Below are positions 63,607 through 64,000 of a stretch of 64,000 nucleotides of DNA, piece by piece (the first letter of the stretch is position 1; every line of letters begins with the position of its first letter). The DNA comes from Octopus vulgaris. Its lineage: Eukaryota. The notes under the pieces are model-generated. The model searched no databases and was not told where the DNA came from. It was given only the letters and a program-made list of their open reading frames with translations. The position numbers were made by a program, and so were the translations under genes. The DNA is taken from assembly GCA_951406725.2 (NCBI GenBank), contig OX597820.1:71982001-72046000 (forward strand). Direction: 5' to 3'.

Positions 63607-64000
63607 CAGGGGTTGGACAAATTATGGAACCACCAAACATCATAGCATCATAATTTTGAAATATCTATCAAAAGCTTGTTTATCTTTAGGTTTTGGGATT
63701 TATTATTAGTGTTGCTTAATATGTTTTACTAAAATTGCTGTTTCTTTTCAGATATCATCAGAAAAAGGTAATTAAAATTCATTAAAATGATAGACCTATC
63801 AGACTTTCAAAGAGGTCAAATTGTTGGTGCACATATGGCAGGCGCCAGCATAATGAAAACAGCTGAAATGTTTGGTGTATCAAGAAGAACTGTCTTGAAA
63901 GTAATGACAGCCTTTGAGAAAGAGGGAAGAACCTCCTTGAAACAAAACTCTGCAAGAAAACCAAAACTTTCAGATAGGGACCATTGGACTCTTACGCAAA
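63607..64000 (+). mobile_element. Tc1-family DNA transposon, 5' end
   Basis: TA|CAGGGGTTGGACAAATTATGG left-TIR-like start, followed by a transposase ORF. Confidence 0.85.
63787..64000 (+). CDS. Tc1-like transposase N-terminal HTH (partial, runs off the window)
   Basis: MIDLSDFQRGQIVGAHMAGASIMKTAEMFGVSRRTVLKVMTAFEKEGRTSLKQNSARKPKLSDRDHWTLTQ; LS.F.RG.IVG and GVSR.TV are Tc1 paired-like HTH motifs. Confidence 0.8.
   Translation, partial: MIDLSDFQRGQIVGAHMAGASIMKTAEMFGVSRRTVLKVMTAFEKEGRTSLKQNSARKPKLSDRDHWTLTQ

Overview
AT-rich, microsatellite-dense animal DNA made almost entirely of transposon debris. The SINE families and repeat landscape look like an octopus/cephalopod genome (my inference). 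I found no intact host gene. Retroelements: (i) R4/Dong-clade REL-endonuclease non-LTR elements, mostly in (TAA)n tracts. These are a decayed copy at 7.6-9.9 kb, a young 5'-truncated copy at 46.1-48.9 kb whose three frameshifts all fall in A-homopolymers, and several 3' stubs stacked head-to-tail at 45.7-50.3 kb. (ii) RTE-clade LINE fragments and many RTE 3' ends carrying a ~60-67 bp internal VNTR. (iii) At least two tRNA-derived SINE families. (iv) A Penelope-like RT remnant. DNA elements: hAT, piggyBac, mariner and pogo MITEs, a probable non-autonomous Helitron, and the 5' end of a Tc1 transposon at the right edge. The most interesting signal is a set of short elements embedded in (TA)n tracts. 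Several have an arm-spacer-inverted arm-tail fold-back layout and carry minimal hammerhead-ribozyme motifs of the Penelope pLTR type. One fold-back (62.4-62.7 kb) encloses a captured NR1H (EcR/LXR/FXR-like) nuclear-receptor first zinc finger, [26 protein letters not shown]. All calls come from manual reading; element boundaries are approximate.
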